Of a DNA stretch of 64,000 nt, positions 1 through 12,803 are shown piece by piece. A model generated the notes under the pieces. It did no database searches and was not told the DNA's origin. It saw nothing but the letters and a program-made list of their open reading frames with translations. The DNA is taken from contig NC_042997.1 of the NCBI RefSeq assembly GCF_006345805.1, positions 11,408,001 through 11,472,000 of the forward strand. The letters run 5' to 3'. Every line of letters begins with the position of its first letter. Within the stretch, counting starts at the first letter, position 1. Origin of the DNA: Octopus sinensis (lineage: Eukaryota). The position numbers were made by a program, and so were the translations under genes.

Positions 1-1890
1 TCACGTAAAATTCTTTTTAGTTTTGGGTCCTTGTATAGTATTAGTAGGTTTTGCATGATTGTGTTGAATGCTTCTTTGTTTCTGGGGTAGAGTAGTGTTT
101 TAAGGAGAGGTTTGTTAATGTCTTTGGTTTTTCTTAATGTCTTGGTGATGATAGATTTGGCACGTTTTATTCCATTATTAATGAGTTGGATTGGGTAGTG
201 TCTATCCAGGAGGATGTTTTTCAATTCTTGTAGTCTTAAATCTCTAGTTTTCTTTTTCTCTAAGACAATAGTGCAGATTCTTCTTGCAAGGTTGAAGGGG
301 ATGTTTGTTTTTGTGTGTCTAGGATGGCAAGAGCTAAAGAGAAGTTATTGTTTTGCATCTGTTGTTTTATAAAATATGTCTGTTTCGATTTTGTTGTTTG
401 TTTTTTAATTAGAATGTCTAGGAATAGAAGAGCCTCCTGGTTGTATTCCATTGTGAATTGAATGCTTGTGTTGATGCTGTTCAGAGGTGTTTTAAATTCT
501 AGGAGTTTGTTATTCCAGAATATGAAACAGTCATCCAGGTATCTCTTCCAATTCTCTTTAATGTATTGGGCGAGAGGGTCTCCAAATTTTCGCAGTGAAT
601 TCTGATATATTTTTTTCTCCAAGAATCCCATTGTGAGGTTGGCAATGGTAGGTGCTACTCTCGTGCCCATCGCAATTCTCGATATTTGGAAGTAGCAGTT
701 GGTGTCAAAAATGAAATAATTATTCTGGAGAATGAACTTAATTGATTTAATGATGAAGGTTTTGTTTATTCGTTCTGGTATTTCCTCTGGATGTAGTTCT
801 AGCCAGAATCAAATCGCTTCAGTTCCATAATCATGTAGAATGTTGGAGTATAGGTTTATAACATCGCAGGAGACCATGAGGGATTCTTCCCCGAATTTTA
901 TGGGAGATGGTTCAGCATGTCTAAATCATCTCTGATGTAGCTTCTAATATGTTTTAGATATGGCTTCAAGAGAATGTCCATGAAGTAACTTAATCTGCGT
1001 GTTTCACAGGATGGGCTGGCTATAATAGGTCGTAATTTTAAGTGTTCTGGTGTTGGTGTATGCATGTATGTATGTGTTGTGTGTATGTATGTATGTATGT
1101 ATGTATGTATGTATGTATGTATGTATGTATGTATGTATGTAGTGAGTTGTTGATGACTTCATCGATGGTTGGGCTTTTGTGGATTTTGGGGAGGCAATAG
1201 AAAAAGCTGGGTTTGTATTTGAAATTTGTTAGGAAATCTACTTACTTTTTTGTGAGGTCTTTCCCGTGGTTATGTATTAGTGAGGAGAGGTTTTTCATTA
1301 TTTCTAGGGATTGTAGTTGTTGATTTCTTCATAATACTCATTGTTGTTTTGTGTCCATAATTACCATTGCGCTACCTTTATCCGCTTTTTGATTGTAATT
1401 TCTTTGTGGTTTTGTAGTTTATTAATATCTTTCCATTGGATTTTGTTGAGGCTTCGGATGGTTTTCTGTTTGTGCAGGGTGTGATAGAGAAGGTTTTCGA
1501 TGTATTTGCAAAATTCATCAAGGCTTTTGTTTCTTTCTTTGTGGGGGGAGGGGGGGGTGTATTCGCTTTTGCTCTTGACCAGTGATTCATCCTGATCATC
1601 AAAGTCGGTCAGTACCTCTGCAAATCTTAATTTTTTGCAGAACCCCGAGACGCTGTCTTAATTTCACTTTGATTGGCTCTGCGGGGTGTCGGTGTGAATT
1701 TGAGTCCTTTGGAGAGGATGTCTATCTTAATGTTAGATAAGGATAAGTGGGAGAGGTTGATTACGTTGGGTTTCTCCTGTGTCTCGGGTTTCACCTTGTT
1801 ATCTGTTTCCTCTGGTGAGTGTCGAAAAAATTTTGGTTGTTTGGGTATGGGTTGCTTGTAGTGGGAGGGGGCTATATATATATAATCCAA
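1..1890 (-). mobile_element. Degenerate Penelope-like element (PLE) ORF: N-terminal region and reverse transcriptase, frameshifted, running off the window start
   Basis: Minus-strand ORF pieces carry PLE motifs: NVINLS...ILSKGLKFTPTP (1627-1890), MGTRVAPTIANLTMG, WKRYLDDCFIFW and FLDILI (260-670), then SSCHPRHTKTNIPFNLARRICTIV in a shifted frame. There are several stops and frameshifts, and a (GTAT)n run interrupts it at ~1058-1140. Confidence 0.9.
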
Positions 1891-1972
1891 TATAATATAA
1901 TATTAATATAATATATAGAAACAAAAATGTACACATATGTATGTGTATATACATACATACATACATATATAT

Positions 1973-3720
1973 ATCATCATCATCATCATCGTCGTTTAAC
2001 GTCCGTTCTCCATGCTAGCATGGGTTGGACGGTTCGACCGGGGTTCTGGGAAGCCAGAAGGCTGCACCAGGCTCCAGTCTAAATTGGCAATGTTTCTACA
2101 GCTGGATGCCCTTCCTAACGCCAACCACTCCGTGAGTGTAGTGGGTGCTTTTTACGTGCCACCTGCACAGGTGCCAGGCGGGGCTGGCAACGGCCACGGT
2201 CAGATTGGTGTATTTTATGTGCCACCGGCACGGAAGCCAGTCGAGGCGGTGCTGGCATCGGCCACGAGTCGGATAGTGCTTTTTACGTACCACCAGACCA
2301 GGGATCCTGGCTGGTTCAATTCGATTTCGATTTCGCTTGCCCCAACATGTCTTCACAAGCAAAGGGGGTTGGCAAGGGTGCCTGTCGTATGGTCGCATTG
2401 GAGTTTTTACGTGCCACGGCCACGAGTCGGATAGTGCTTTTTACGTACCACCAGACCAGGATCCTGGCTGGTTCAATTCGATTTCGATTCGCTTGCCCCA
2501 ACATGTCTTCACAAGCAAAGGGGGTTGGCATGGGTGCCTGTCGTACGGTCGCATTGGAGTATTTTACGTGCCACGGCCACGAGTCGGATAGTGCTTTTTA
2601 CGTACCACCAGGCCAGGATCCTGGCTGGTTCAATTCGGTTTCGATTTCGATTTCGATTTCGCTTGCCCCAACATGTCTTCGCAAGCATGGGGGGGGGGGG
2701 GGTTGGCATGGGTGTCTGTCGTCGGATGAGGTTCTATATCGACTTCGCTGCCTCAACCGTCTTTGTGTCCAAGGGAGGAAAGGCATTCATAAGTGGGCTG
2801 GGCTCACTTGTCCTGCCTGGTCTTCTCACGTACAGAATATTTCCAAAGGTCTCGGTCTCTGGTCATTTCCTCAGTGAGGCCTAAAGTTCGAAGGTCGTGC
2901 TTCACCACCTCGTCCCAGGTTTTCCTGGGTCTACCTCTTCCACGGGTTCCCTCAACTGCTAGGGATTGGCACTTTCTCACACACCTATCTTCATCCATTC
3001 TCGCCACATGACCATACCACGCAATCGTCTCTCTTGCACACCACAACTGATGCTTCTTAGCAAACATTTCTCTCAAGGTGCTAACGCTCTGTCGAGTATG
3101 TACACTGACATTACACATCCATCGGAGCATACTGGCTTCATTCCTCACGAGCTTACGCATGTCCTCAGCAGTCACAGCCCATGTTTCGCTGCCATGTAGC
3201 ATGGCTGTTCGTACACACGCATCATACAGTCTGCCTTTTACTCTGAGCGAGAGGCCTTTAGTCACCAGCAGAGGTAAGAGCTCCCTAAACTTTGCCCAGG
3301 CTATTCTTATTCTAGCAGTTACACTTTCAGCGCACCCACCCCCCTACTGACTTGGTCACCTAGATAACGGAAGCTATCAACTACTTCTAGTTTTTCCCCC
3401 TGGAAAGTGACGGAAGTTTGTTTTCTGCAGATTTTCGGAGGTTAATGCTCCCGAGCATCTGCCACATACAAAAACTATCTTCCCAGTTAGCCTACCTTTG
3501 ACATTGCTGCACCTCTTATGTGTCCATAGCTTACACTGGGTACATCTTATAGAGTTTCTACCTACACCTTTTCTACAGATCGAGCAGGGCCATCTTCCTG
3601 AAGATATTTGTGGATTGTCTACCTTTCTACTTATTAGTACTTTGGTTTTAGCTAGGTTGACTCTAAGGCCCCTTGATTCTAAACCCTCCTTCCACACCTG
3701 GAACTTCTCCTCCAGTTCTG
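1973..3720 (-). mobile_element. 5'-truncated RTE-clade LINE: end of RT, PHD-like Cys/His finger, C-terminal domain, long 3' UTR, (ATG)n tail
   Basis: ORF 3377-3697 has GLRVNLAKTKV followed by CSICRKGVGRNSIRCTQCKLWTHKRC...CGRC. ORF 2804-3265 has LYDACVRTAMLHGSETW...WYGHVARM...GTRGRGRPRKTW. A (CAT)n tail lies at ~1973-1990, and both ends abut TA-rich microsatellite. Confidence 0.9.
2260..2725. repeat. ~158-bp tandem repeat (about 3 copies) inside the RTE 3' UTR
   Basis: Units begin GGCCACGAGTCGGATAGTGC at 2260, 2418 and 2575. Each contains a CCAG..CCAGG/CCTGGCTGG hairpin. Confidence 0.9.
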
Positions 3721-3827
3721 ATATATATATATGATATAATTAGGGAACTCTTTATCTTATATTAAACATTTAATACTTTTTGATAGTTATATAATTTTAA
3801 AAAATAAATAAATAAATAAATAAAATG

Positions 3828-3876
<49 letters not shown>

Positions 3877-4057
3877 TTAAAATTTATAAGTTTAAATTAT
3901 TTAAATAATTTTTAAAATTTTAACTTTAATTTAAATATTTTAATTTGGAATTTTATATTTTTTATACTTTATATTTTTTAAATTAATTTTATTTCTATGT
4001 ATTGGCTTATGATTTTCACTGTTTGATTTGCCTAATAGTGGTTTTATCTCAAATTTA

Positions 4058-4119
<62 letters not shown>

Positions 4120-4532
4120 ATATATATATATTAATATATATATATATATATATATAGATATCAACAATTGAGGGTAAAATTAATTAATTAATCATTGAGA
4201 GAAATTTTCTTTAAGTAGTAGAAATGCTAAGAAAAAAATTTTTTTTTGGCTGCTTTTCTACTAAGTTCAGTATGTGGCGAAGTAATTTATTTTACTAAGC
4301 CCTAATTATATAATGTATATATATATATATATATATATATATCTATATATATATATATATATATATATAGATCAACGATCAAGGCGACTAGAAATCCAAA
4401 GGACTGTATACTAAGTTAACTATAGTTGCAGAGCAAATAGTTTTATTGTACTGATTTAACGTTTAGTAAAGAATGCCAGTGTATAAAACTATATAATTGT
4501 GACTTTTAACAATCATTTCCTTCTATTTCTAG

Positions 4533-5023
4533 ACGAAACGAGTACTTTATCACCCCCTTTGTTAGAAGAATGGAAGATTCTCTACTACAAGCTGCCAATT
4601 ACCGTTGTGGTGATCATCTTTTTAGCCAGTACTTCCATTCTTGTGTCACGTCTAGTAGACAGAGTCTATAATACTTACAAAGACAACTGGGCTATACGCG
4701 AAGACGTCGCTGATGTGAACTATCAAACAAAAGAACTGATTAGAAACAAAATGAAAGTCAATGCTGAGACAAACACCGACGATTCTGGAGTTACCAACGT
4801 TTGGCTAAAGAAATACATAAATCTTTGGATGCAACGTGTTGCCGAGAAAAAGCGCACTGAAAGAGTTTCCAATGTCATCACATCGCAGCATAGGAAGAGC
4901 GTATCGGTGGCTGGCACGTCAGAAATGATGGAACCAGATGTTATCTCTCATGTTGTCGTGATTGAAGTTGGATCTAGTCGATGTCCTTCGAACAGCGACC
5001 TTAAAGCAACTGGATATATATAA
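4533..5023 (+). CDS. Probable terminal coding exon of a host membrane protein (one TM segment plus cytoplasmic tail); family not recognised
   Basis: A pyrimidine tract and AG acceptor (tttccttctatttctag) end at 4532. An open, non-repetitive frame of ~160 codons follows to TAA at 5023, with the hydrophobic stretch LPITVVVIIFLASTSILV. It resembles no TE protein I recognise. Confidence 0.55.
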
Positions 5024-5048
5024 CTGTCAGTTTTTTTTTATATTACTT

Positions 5049-5432
5049 ACTAGCAGTATCGCCCGGCGTTGCTCAGGTTTGTAAGGGAAATAACTATAAA
5101 GCATTTTTAGAGAGTTATAGCCAAAAAATAGCAAAAAAATGGAAAAAAATGATGGTAAATTTTTTTTTAGTTAAAAAAGGTGGAGTTGCGTCCCCTAGAC
5201 AGTTTGCGGTTTGTGTTTCTGATTCTCGACCCCATGTCGAATTTATCGATTTTTTTCAGAACTGGGGGAACTTTTCAAAATTTTCGCTGCGTTAGTTTTG
5301 AATTATGACATTGGGCTATGTGTGTGTCAAGTTTCATCAGAATCGGTTGAAAGCCGTGGTCAGGGTGAGGGTACAAGCAAACAGACACACAGAAACACGC
5401 ACAGACAAACTGCCGTTTATATAGAGAGAGAT
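5049..5432 (+). mobile_element. Non-autonomous Helitron/Helentron-like element (HINE/DINE-like)
   Basis: Starts ACTAGCAGTATCGCCCGGCGTTGCTC.GGT with a subterminal hairpin and ends with an (ACAG)-like microsatellite plus TTTATATA..AGAT. The same termini occur at 17853 and 33180. Confidence 0.65.
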
Positions 5433-5605
5433 AACAAAGGCTTATTGTTAAAATTGACGCATGTTTCTGTTAGATGGTTTGATTATAATTTGAGATTTCA
5501 AGACTTCGCTGCTGGCAGTAAAATGTATGTTTTCCTTATGAAGAAAAGAGGAAAAAAAGCGATAACGTTTATTTAATTTTTATTTTGTACTCTAAGAATT
5601 ACGTG

Positions 5606-5668
<63 letters not shown>

Positions 5669-6364
5669 AGAGAGATGATGATGATGATGATGATGATGAA
5701 ATTATCCTCCTTCAATCACAGCTATTTTATGGCGTTCCATTTCTTGGGAAATTACAACGCAAATGTTTCTTACGGATATTGCAATATTGATACAGAAAGA
5801 GACACACCTTGAACATTGTGTGTGTGTGTGTGTGTGTGTTTGTGGGTATGTATGTATGTATGTATGTATGTATGTATGTATGTATGTATGTATGTATGTG
5901 CGTGTATGTATTTATATATGCATAAATGTGTGTATGTATGTCTCCATGTATATATGCATGTATGTGTGTGTATGTATATATGTAAGCATGTATGTATGAG
6001 CGACGCTGATAACATGTAACTGAAAACAACCAGTGACATGGCCGGATCACCGTCGACTAAAGTGGTGACTCACTACGTCTGCTTGTTATCTGGGCACCTT
6101 GACAAAAGCTGTGAAAGTTCGGATGAAGTGAGGTGAGTCAACGACCATTTAATAAACAAAGAAGGATTTAGAAAAATAACTGAGAATGGCCAGTGGTATG
6201 TATTTCAACAACACAGACAAATACAGATATTTCAAATATTATACAGCGTAAATTCTTGATTTATCAAAATAATCTCCGCCTGTACAGGATGTATCGTAAT
6301 TATCAAATCACAATTGAGATCAGCTCTACTTGAGAAGGGGAGATAACCTCAAGATTCGTAGCTT

Positions 6365-6771
6365 ATTTTTTATTCTTTTACGTGTTTTAGTCATTTGACT
6401 GCGGCCACGCTGGAGCACCGCCTTAAAGGGTTTTAGCCGAAGTAATCGACTCCAGGACTTATTCTTTGTAAGCCTAGTTCATATTCTATCGGGCTTTTTT
6501 GCTGAACCACTAGCTTACGGGGAGGTAAACACACCAACATCAGTTGTCGAACGGTGATGGTGATGGTGGGACAAACACAGGCACAAAGACACACATACAT
6601 AAATACATACACATACACGCACTCACACACGACGTGCTTCTTTCAGTTTCCGTCTACCAGATCCACTCAGAAGGCTTTGCTCGGTCCGAAGCTATAGTAG
6701 GAATTATGGGGACGTAAACACACTAGCATCGGTGTCAAGCGATAGTGTGGGGACTGACACTGACACAGACA

Positions 6772-6855
<84 letters not shown>

Positions 6856-7008
6856 TACACACATACACACACATACTACGGGCTTCTTTCAGTTTCTGTC
6901 TACCAGATCCACTCAGAATGCTTTAGTTGGCTCCAGTCTATAGCAGAAGACACTCACACTCGCCCAAGGCGCCACGCATTAGGACTGAACCCGGAACCTT
7001 GTGGTTAA
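6365..7008 (-). mobile_element. Two adjacent partial copies of SINE family A
   Basis: Reverse-complement matches to the 7398-7838 element, with a central (CA)n. Confidence 0.85.
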
Positions 7009-7397
7009 ATTATGTAAATTACTTTGGCCATAAATGTGTTCTACTCTGTTTTGTTTAAATCTAACTCACTTGACCACTGGACGCAAGATTGGATAAATTG
7101 TTGTACTGCAGACCGCTATGGAGAAAGAAACGCTTGTCCACTACCGTCCTCTTATCTCAAGACAATAAGCCTTTTTTAAATTCCATAATGGCATGGCAAC
7201 TTTGGATAAATCTTGACTCTTTAGATTAGATTATCTCCCCTTCTCAAGTGGAAGTGGTCTTAAAATGCCATTTGCTGATTATAATAAATTCTCTAGATAA
7301 GGAGATAATTTTAATGATTCAAGGATATATGTTGTACGGTACCTGTCTTTGACCAATGTGTGTATGTTTGCACATGAATACATATGTGTTTTTAAAT

Positions 7398-7838
7398 AGG
7401 CGCAGGAGTGGCTGTGTGGTAAGTAGCTTGTTTACCAACCACATGGTTCCGAGTTCGGTCCCACTGCGTGGCACCTTGGGCAAGTGTCTTCTTCTACTAT
7501 AGCCTCGGGCCGACTAAAGCCTTGTGAGTGGATTTTGGTAGACGGAAACTGAAAGAAGCTTGTCGTATATATGTATTATATATATATATATATAATTATA
7601 TTATATATATATATATATATATGCGTGCGTGTGTTTGTGTGTCTGTGTTTGTCCCCCTAGCATTGCTTGACAACCGATGCTGGTGTGTTTATGTTCCCGT
7701 TACTTAGCGGTTCGGCAAAAAAGACCGATAATAAGTACTGGGCTTACAAAAAGAATAAGTCCTGGGGTCGAGTTGCTCGATTAAAGGCGGTGCTCCAGCA
7801 TGGCCACAGTCAAATGACTGAAACCAGTAAAAGAGTAA
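7398..7838 (+). mobile_element. tRNA-derived SINE family A, full length, with central (TA)n/(TG)n microsatellite and (GTAAAAGA)n tail
   Basis: Head AGGCGCAGGAGTGGCTGTGTGGTAAG...GGTTC(A/G)GTCCC is A/B-box-like. More than 15 related copies occur in the window. Confidence 0.9.
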
Positions 7839-8024
7839 ATGTGTACATGGTAGAAGAATGCTCTCACTTGAAGCCTTCGGTGTTTGCAGTCTTTGGTCAT
7901 CGTATCTTTTCACAAAGATGGTTGTGATCTGTAAACAGTAGGAACCAGAAAAAAACCCCCCAACAAAATAACAAAAAAGAATGAACACGCAATGCGCATG
8001 TGCACACTCAATTCGTAAAGGAGG

Positions 8025-8402
8025 GGAAGCACTCTGTCGGTTACGACGACGAGGGTTCCGGTTGATCTGAATCAACGGAACAGCCTGCCGTGAAATTAAC
8101 GTGTAGGGCTGAGCACTCCACAGACACTGTACCCTTAACGTAGTTCTCGGGGATATTCAGCGCTACACCGAGAGTGACAAGGCTGGCCCCTTGAAATACA
8201 GGTACAAACAGAAGCAGGAAGTAAGAGTGAGGAAAGTTGTGGTGAAAGAGTACAGCAGGGATCACCACCATCCCCCGCCGGAGTCTCGTGGAGCTTTAGG
8301 TGTTTTCGCTCAATAAACACTCACAACGCCCGGTCTGGGAATCGAAACCGCGATCCTACGACCGCGAGACCGCTGCCCTAACCACTGGGCCATTGCGCCT
8401 CC
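8025..8402 (-). mobile_element. tRNA-derived SINE family C, long-tail form
   Basis: Head GGAGGCGCAATGGCCCAGTGGTTAGGGC...GGTTTCGATTCCC, with TSD CAATTCGTAAA at 8009-8019 and 8403-8413. The same body occurs at 23805-24118. Confidence 0.9.
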
Positions 8403-8682
8403 CAATTCGTAAAACAGAAGACAAGAATAAACACGCAATGCTCATGTCAAAACAAAACGGAATAGAATAAAAACGTAATGTCAATAGGTTATATGATGGT
8501 CTGCATGCCACGTCTGACACCAGCTTTGCGGCAATTTTCTTGTTTGTTTTCTTTGTTGGTAGTTTAACGGCTTCGAACATTCAGAAACACTCGCGTTGCA
8601 CAAGCGTTTGTCACTATAAAATTTGATGTCATGCCACTTTTTGCATTCCTTTCTATTCATTCTCTTATTCTCTTGTACTCCT

Positions 8683-8926
8683 TTATTTGTTTCAGTCATT
8701 TGACTGCGGCCATGCTGGAGCACCGCATTTAGTCGAGCAACTCGACCCCAGGACTTATTCTGTGTAAGCCTAGTACTTATTCTATCGGTTCCTTTTGCCG
8801 AACCGCTAAGTTACGGGGACGTAAACACACCAGCACCGGTTGCCAAGCGATGTTGGGGGGGGGGAACAAACACAGACACGCAAACATATACACACGCATA
8901 TATATTATATATATATAATATATTAT

Positions 8927-8958
<32 letters not shown>

Positions 8959-9101
8959 CGACGGGCTTTTTTCAGTTTCCGTCTACCAAATCCACTCACA
9001 AGGCTTTGGTCGGTCCGAGGCCATAGTAGAAGACAGTTGCCTATGGTGTCACGCAGTGGGACTGAGCCCGGAACCATGTGGTTGATAAGCAAGCTACTTA
9101 C
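8683..9101 (-). mobile_element. SINE family A copy
   Basis: Reverse complement of 7398-7838. Confidence 0.9.
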
Positions 9102-9149
9102 CTTTATTTTATTGTTTTTATAATTTTTTGTTTTTTTATTGTTTATAAC

Positions 9150-9585
9150 TCTTTACTCTTTTACTCTTTTACTCTTTTACTTGTTTCAGTCATTTGACTG
9201 CGGCCATGCTGGAGCACCGCCTTTAGTCGATCAAATCGTCCCCGGGACTTATTCTTTGTAAGCCCAGTACTTTTTCTATCGGTTCCTTTTGCCGAACCGC
9301 TAAGTGACGGGGACGTAACACACCAGCATCGGTTGTCAAACAATGTAGGGGGGGACAAACACACACACACACAAACACCACACACACACACCACACACAC
9401 ACAACCACACACACACACAAATATATATATATATATACTAGACAGGCTTCTTTCAGTTTCCGTCTACCAAATCCACTCACAAGCATTGGTCGGCCAGGGC
9501 TATAGCAGAAGACACTTGCCCAAGATGCCACGCAGTGAGACTGAACCCGGAACCATGTGGTTGGTTAGCAAGCTACTTACCACAC
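9150..9585 (-). mobile_element. SINE family A copy
   Basis: Reverse complement of 7398-7838, with a (TTTTACTC)n tail. Confidence 0.9.
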
Positions 9586-10227
9586 AAATTATTGTTTTTA
9601 TACACGAACACATACACACACATACTCACGTATCCACGAACACACATATACCTCCCACACACCACACACTTACATGCACATATACACACACACATACACA
9701 CACGCATGCATACACATATACACACACACAACCTGTCACACGTCTCCACTTTCACACACACATATACACACGCACGCACATACACACATGCACATACGCA
9801 CATACACACACACGCACATACATACGCACATAATACACGCACACACACATATACACACACACACCAGCACAGATTCCCACATATACCTCCAACAAACAAT
9901 ACTCAGCACCTTTCACTGACCATTCTTCCACATAGGTACATAGACACAAGAGCCACTCCTAATTCATTCTCTCTTGACCTTAAACAATACTAAGCCCTAC
10001 CACACACAGATTAACAGCCACAACCACACGCACACACACACACACACACGTGGTATCATTGCACACATACACACATACACACACATACCTCCTCTTGCAC
10101 TCTCGTGTCTTTGAAAGAACTTTTTCTTCACCCATTCCTTTCCGGTCATTCAAAATGTGACCGTGTGTGTACCGTTGACGATTTTTTGCCCTCCGTCTTC
10201 CCTTCTTTGGATCTTTCCTTTTCCTAT

Positions 10228-10262
10228 GTTTCTGACGAAGAGTTCCGCTCGAAACGTTAAAC
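10228..10262 (+). ncRNA. Minimal type I hammerhead ribozyme motif in a PLE-type terminal repeat (repeat ~10155-10365)
   Basis: GTTT-CTGACGA-A-GAGT tcc GCTC-GAAA-CG-T-T-AAAC. Stem I is GTTT/AAAC, stem II is GAGT/GCTC, and stem III is the palindrome ACGT (dimer type). Confidence 0.75.
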
Positions 10263-10362
10263 CCTCCTTCTTTCCTTCTTTTCTGAGCGTCCAATAATAC
10301 TATACTTGTCCCACGTCCTCGCGTTGTTGTGTTTTCTCTTTGTGTTTTCATGTTTGGATTAA

Positions 10363-10452
<90 letters not shown>

Positions 10453-11167
10453 ATATAATATATTTCCTCGCGCTCGCCAGTTACCTATCTCGTCCCAGCC
10501 AGAACAAAGGCCTTCGTTCGTCTTTTTCGTTTGTTCTCTTGTTTATTTTTGATTTCTCGTATTGCAATTTAATTCTCGTTATGTATTTTCTTGTACATGT
10601 ATCTTTATTTTGTATTATTTTTTTTTCTCTTGTATGTATTTTTTTGTGCAGATCTTTGTTACGTCCCTTTTTGTGTTACATTTTTTCTCGCTCGTTTACC
10701 CCTCTACGAGTTTATTTTATTTTAATTCTCTCGTATGAAGGCCTAGCTTTACTATACGTGTTCTGTCTCTGCCTTCGAAACACGTGTCTGCTAGCGACAG
10801 CTGATGAAGGGGATTTTTCCTTGTGCAGCATGTCCTGTACTTCGTTTTTCTGCTGCACATAATTGTTTTTCCCGTTTTCGTTTTCGTTTCGTTTTGTTCC
10901 ACGTCTCTGTCCTTCTGTTGTAACAAAATGTCTTTTCCGTTTTCGTTCTGTTGATTTTTTCGTCTTCCTGTGATGTCCTGTACGTATATATATTTTATAT
11001 ATGCATGTATATATACATGTAGATGTCGGTACGTACATATATGTTTGTATGTATGCATATATTTTATTTATTACACTATATATATATATATAATATGTGA
11101 TCGCGTGTGTATCGTTGGCGATTTTCTTTCTCCGCCTTCCCTTCCTTAGACTTTTCCTTTTTTCTAT

Positions 11168-11202
11168 GTTTCTGACGAAGAGCTCCGCTCGAAACGTTAA
11201 AT
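11168..11202 (+). ncRNA. Minimal type I hammerhead motif, second copy (repeat ~11095-11300)
   Basis: GTTT-CTGACGA-A-GAGC tcc GCTC-GAAA-CG-T-T-AAAT. The surrounding ~200 bp is a diverged direct copy of 10155-10365. Confidence 0.75.
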
Positions 11203-11296
11203 CCTCCTTCTTTCCTTTCCTGAGCGTTCAATAATACTATACTTGTTCCACGTCCTCGCGTTGTTGTGTTTTCTCTTTGTTCAGGTTTGGATTAAC

Positions 11297-11409
<113 letters not shown>

Positions 11410-11516
11410 CACTTGCCCAAGGTGCCACGCAGTGGTACTGAACCCAGAACCATGCCAAGCTACTTACCACACAGCCACTCCTGCGCCTTATTATTCATTA
11501 TTATTCTTAGATGAAT

Positions 11517-11655
11517 AAAACTGCTGGCATCAGTTGCTAGTTGTCCGAGCACTGCATCCTTCAAAACTTCCATGCTTCCTGAGATTCGCCAGCACTACAC
11601 CTGATTTTCTCCCCTCCATACACACGCAAGCATGTATCTGACTCATACATTGTAT
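11517..11655 (+). mobile_element. Short CR1 LINE 3' fragment
   Basis: Near-identical to 13347-13480. Confidence 0.85.
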
Positions 11656-12402
11656 ATATCTTTCTAAATAAAAGTCATACTCGTCACTTGGAAGCGAGTG
11701 TAACAAGGTACCATGCTATCACTAATTGTTTTAGGTGACTATGTAATCACTAACAGGCATAGACGCCTTCTCGGCCGTCCCACCCTTCACCCAGTAGAAC
11801 AGGTATGTGGAGGGAAAGAGGGGACTCCCAACACAAGGCTGGTACTAATTTTTCAGCGGAGTAGACAGAAGCAACGTGAAATAAAGTGCTTTGCTCGAGA
11901 AAACAACGCAGTATCCGGTTCAGTATCGAACCTACGATGTTATGATTGTGAGCCTAACATCTCTAACCACTAGATCAAGCATCTTTCCATTGTATCGTCA
12001 AAAGTACATTTTTAAACGTGTCTTTATATTTCAAAGACAGTAATATATTTCTGTTGCATCTCGGGAGGATCATTGAGCCAATAATAAACACACGCACTGA
12101 TTAAATCTCACGTGTATAATCAATTTTTCTATTTTGTTATGCTTCTGTTGTGTAATTTCTCTAATGTTGTTGCTGTCTCGAGAATATGTATTTTGTTTAC
12201 ATCATTTGAATACAGTTCAGTGGGCTGTCTATCGGTATTCTGCCGGACTTGTGTTTTGGAAGGCATACTATCTCTCATTTTAATTTTAAATTTCGTAGGC
12301 CGTTTACTATCTCTACTGAGACACAAAAAAATATATATTCCAACACACAAGTTCACATCAAGAATCCTGCAAATCTAAGACAAAAACGAAATGTATTTTT
12401 TA

Positions 12403-12803
12403 CAGGCGCAGGAATGGATGTGTGGTAAGTAGCTTGCTTACCAACCACATGGTTCTGGGTTCAGTCCGACTGCGTGGCACCTTGGGCAAGTGTCTTCTAC
12501 GATAGCCTCGGGCCGACCAAAGCCTTGTGAGTGGATTTGTTACATGAAAACTGAAAAGAAACCCGTCGTATATATGTATATGTATGTATGTGTGTGTATA
12601 TGTGTCTGTGTTTGTCCCCACAACATCGCTTGACAACCGATGCTGGGTTGTTTAGGTCCCCGTAACTTAGCGGTTCGGCAAAAGGAACCGATAGAATAAG
12701 TACTAGGCTTACAAGAAATAAGTCTTGGAGTCGATTTGCTCGCCTAAAGGCGGTGCTCCAGCATGGCCGCAGTCAAATGACTGAAACAAGTAAAAGAGTA
12801 AAG
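12403..12803 (+). mobile_element. SINE family A copy
   Basis: Colinear with 7398-7838. Confidence 0.9.

Noticed and set aside
12400-12636. Recurring ORFs such as RRHLPKVPRSGTEPGTMWLVSKLLTTQ and RPRKDERQSRPRRNLNSER
   Set aside because: Antisense translations of SINE A and SINE B, not a gene family.
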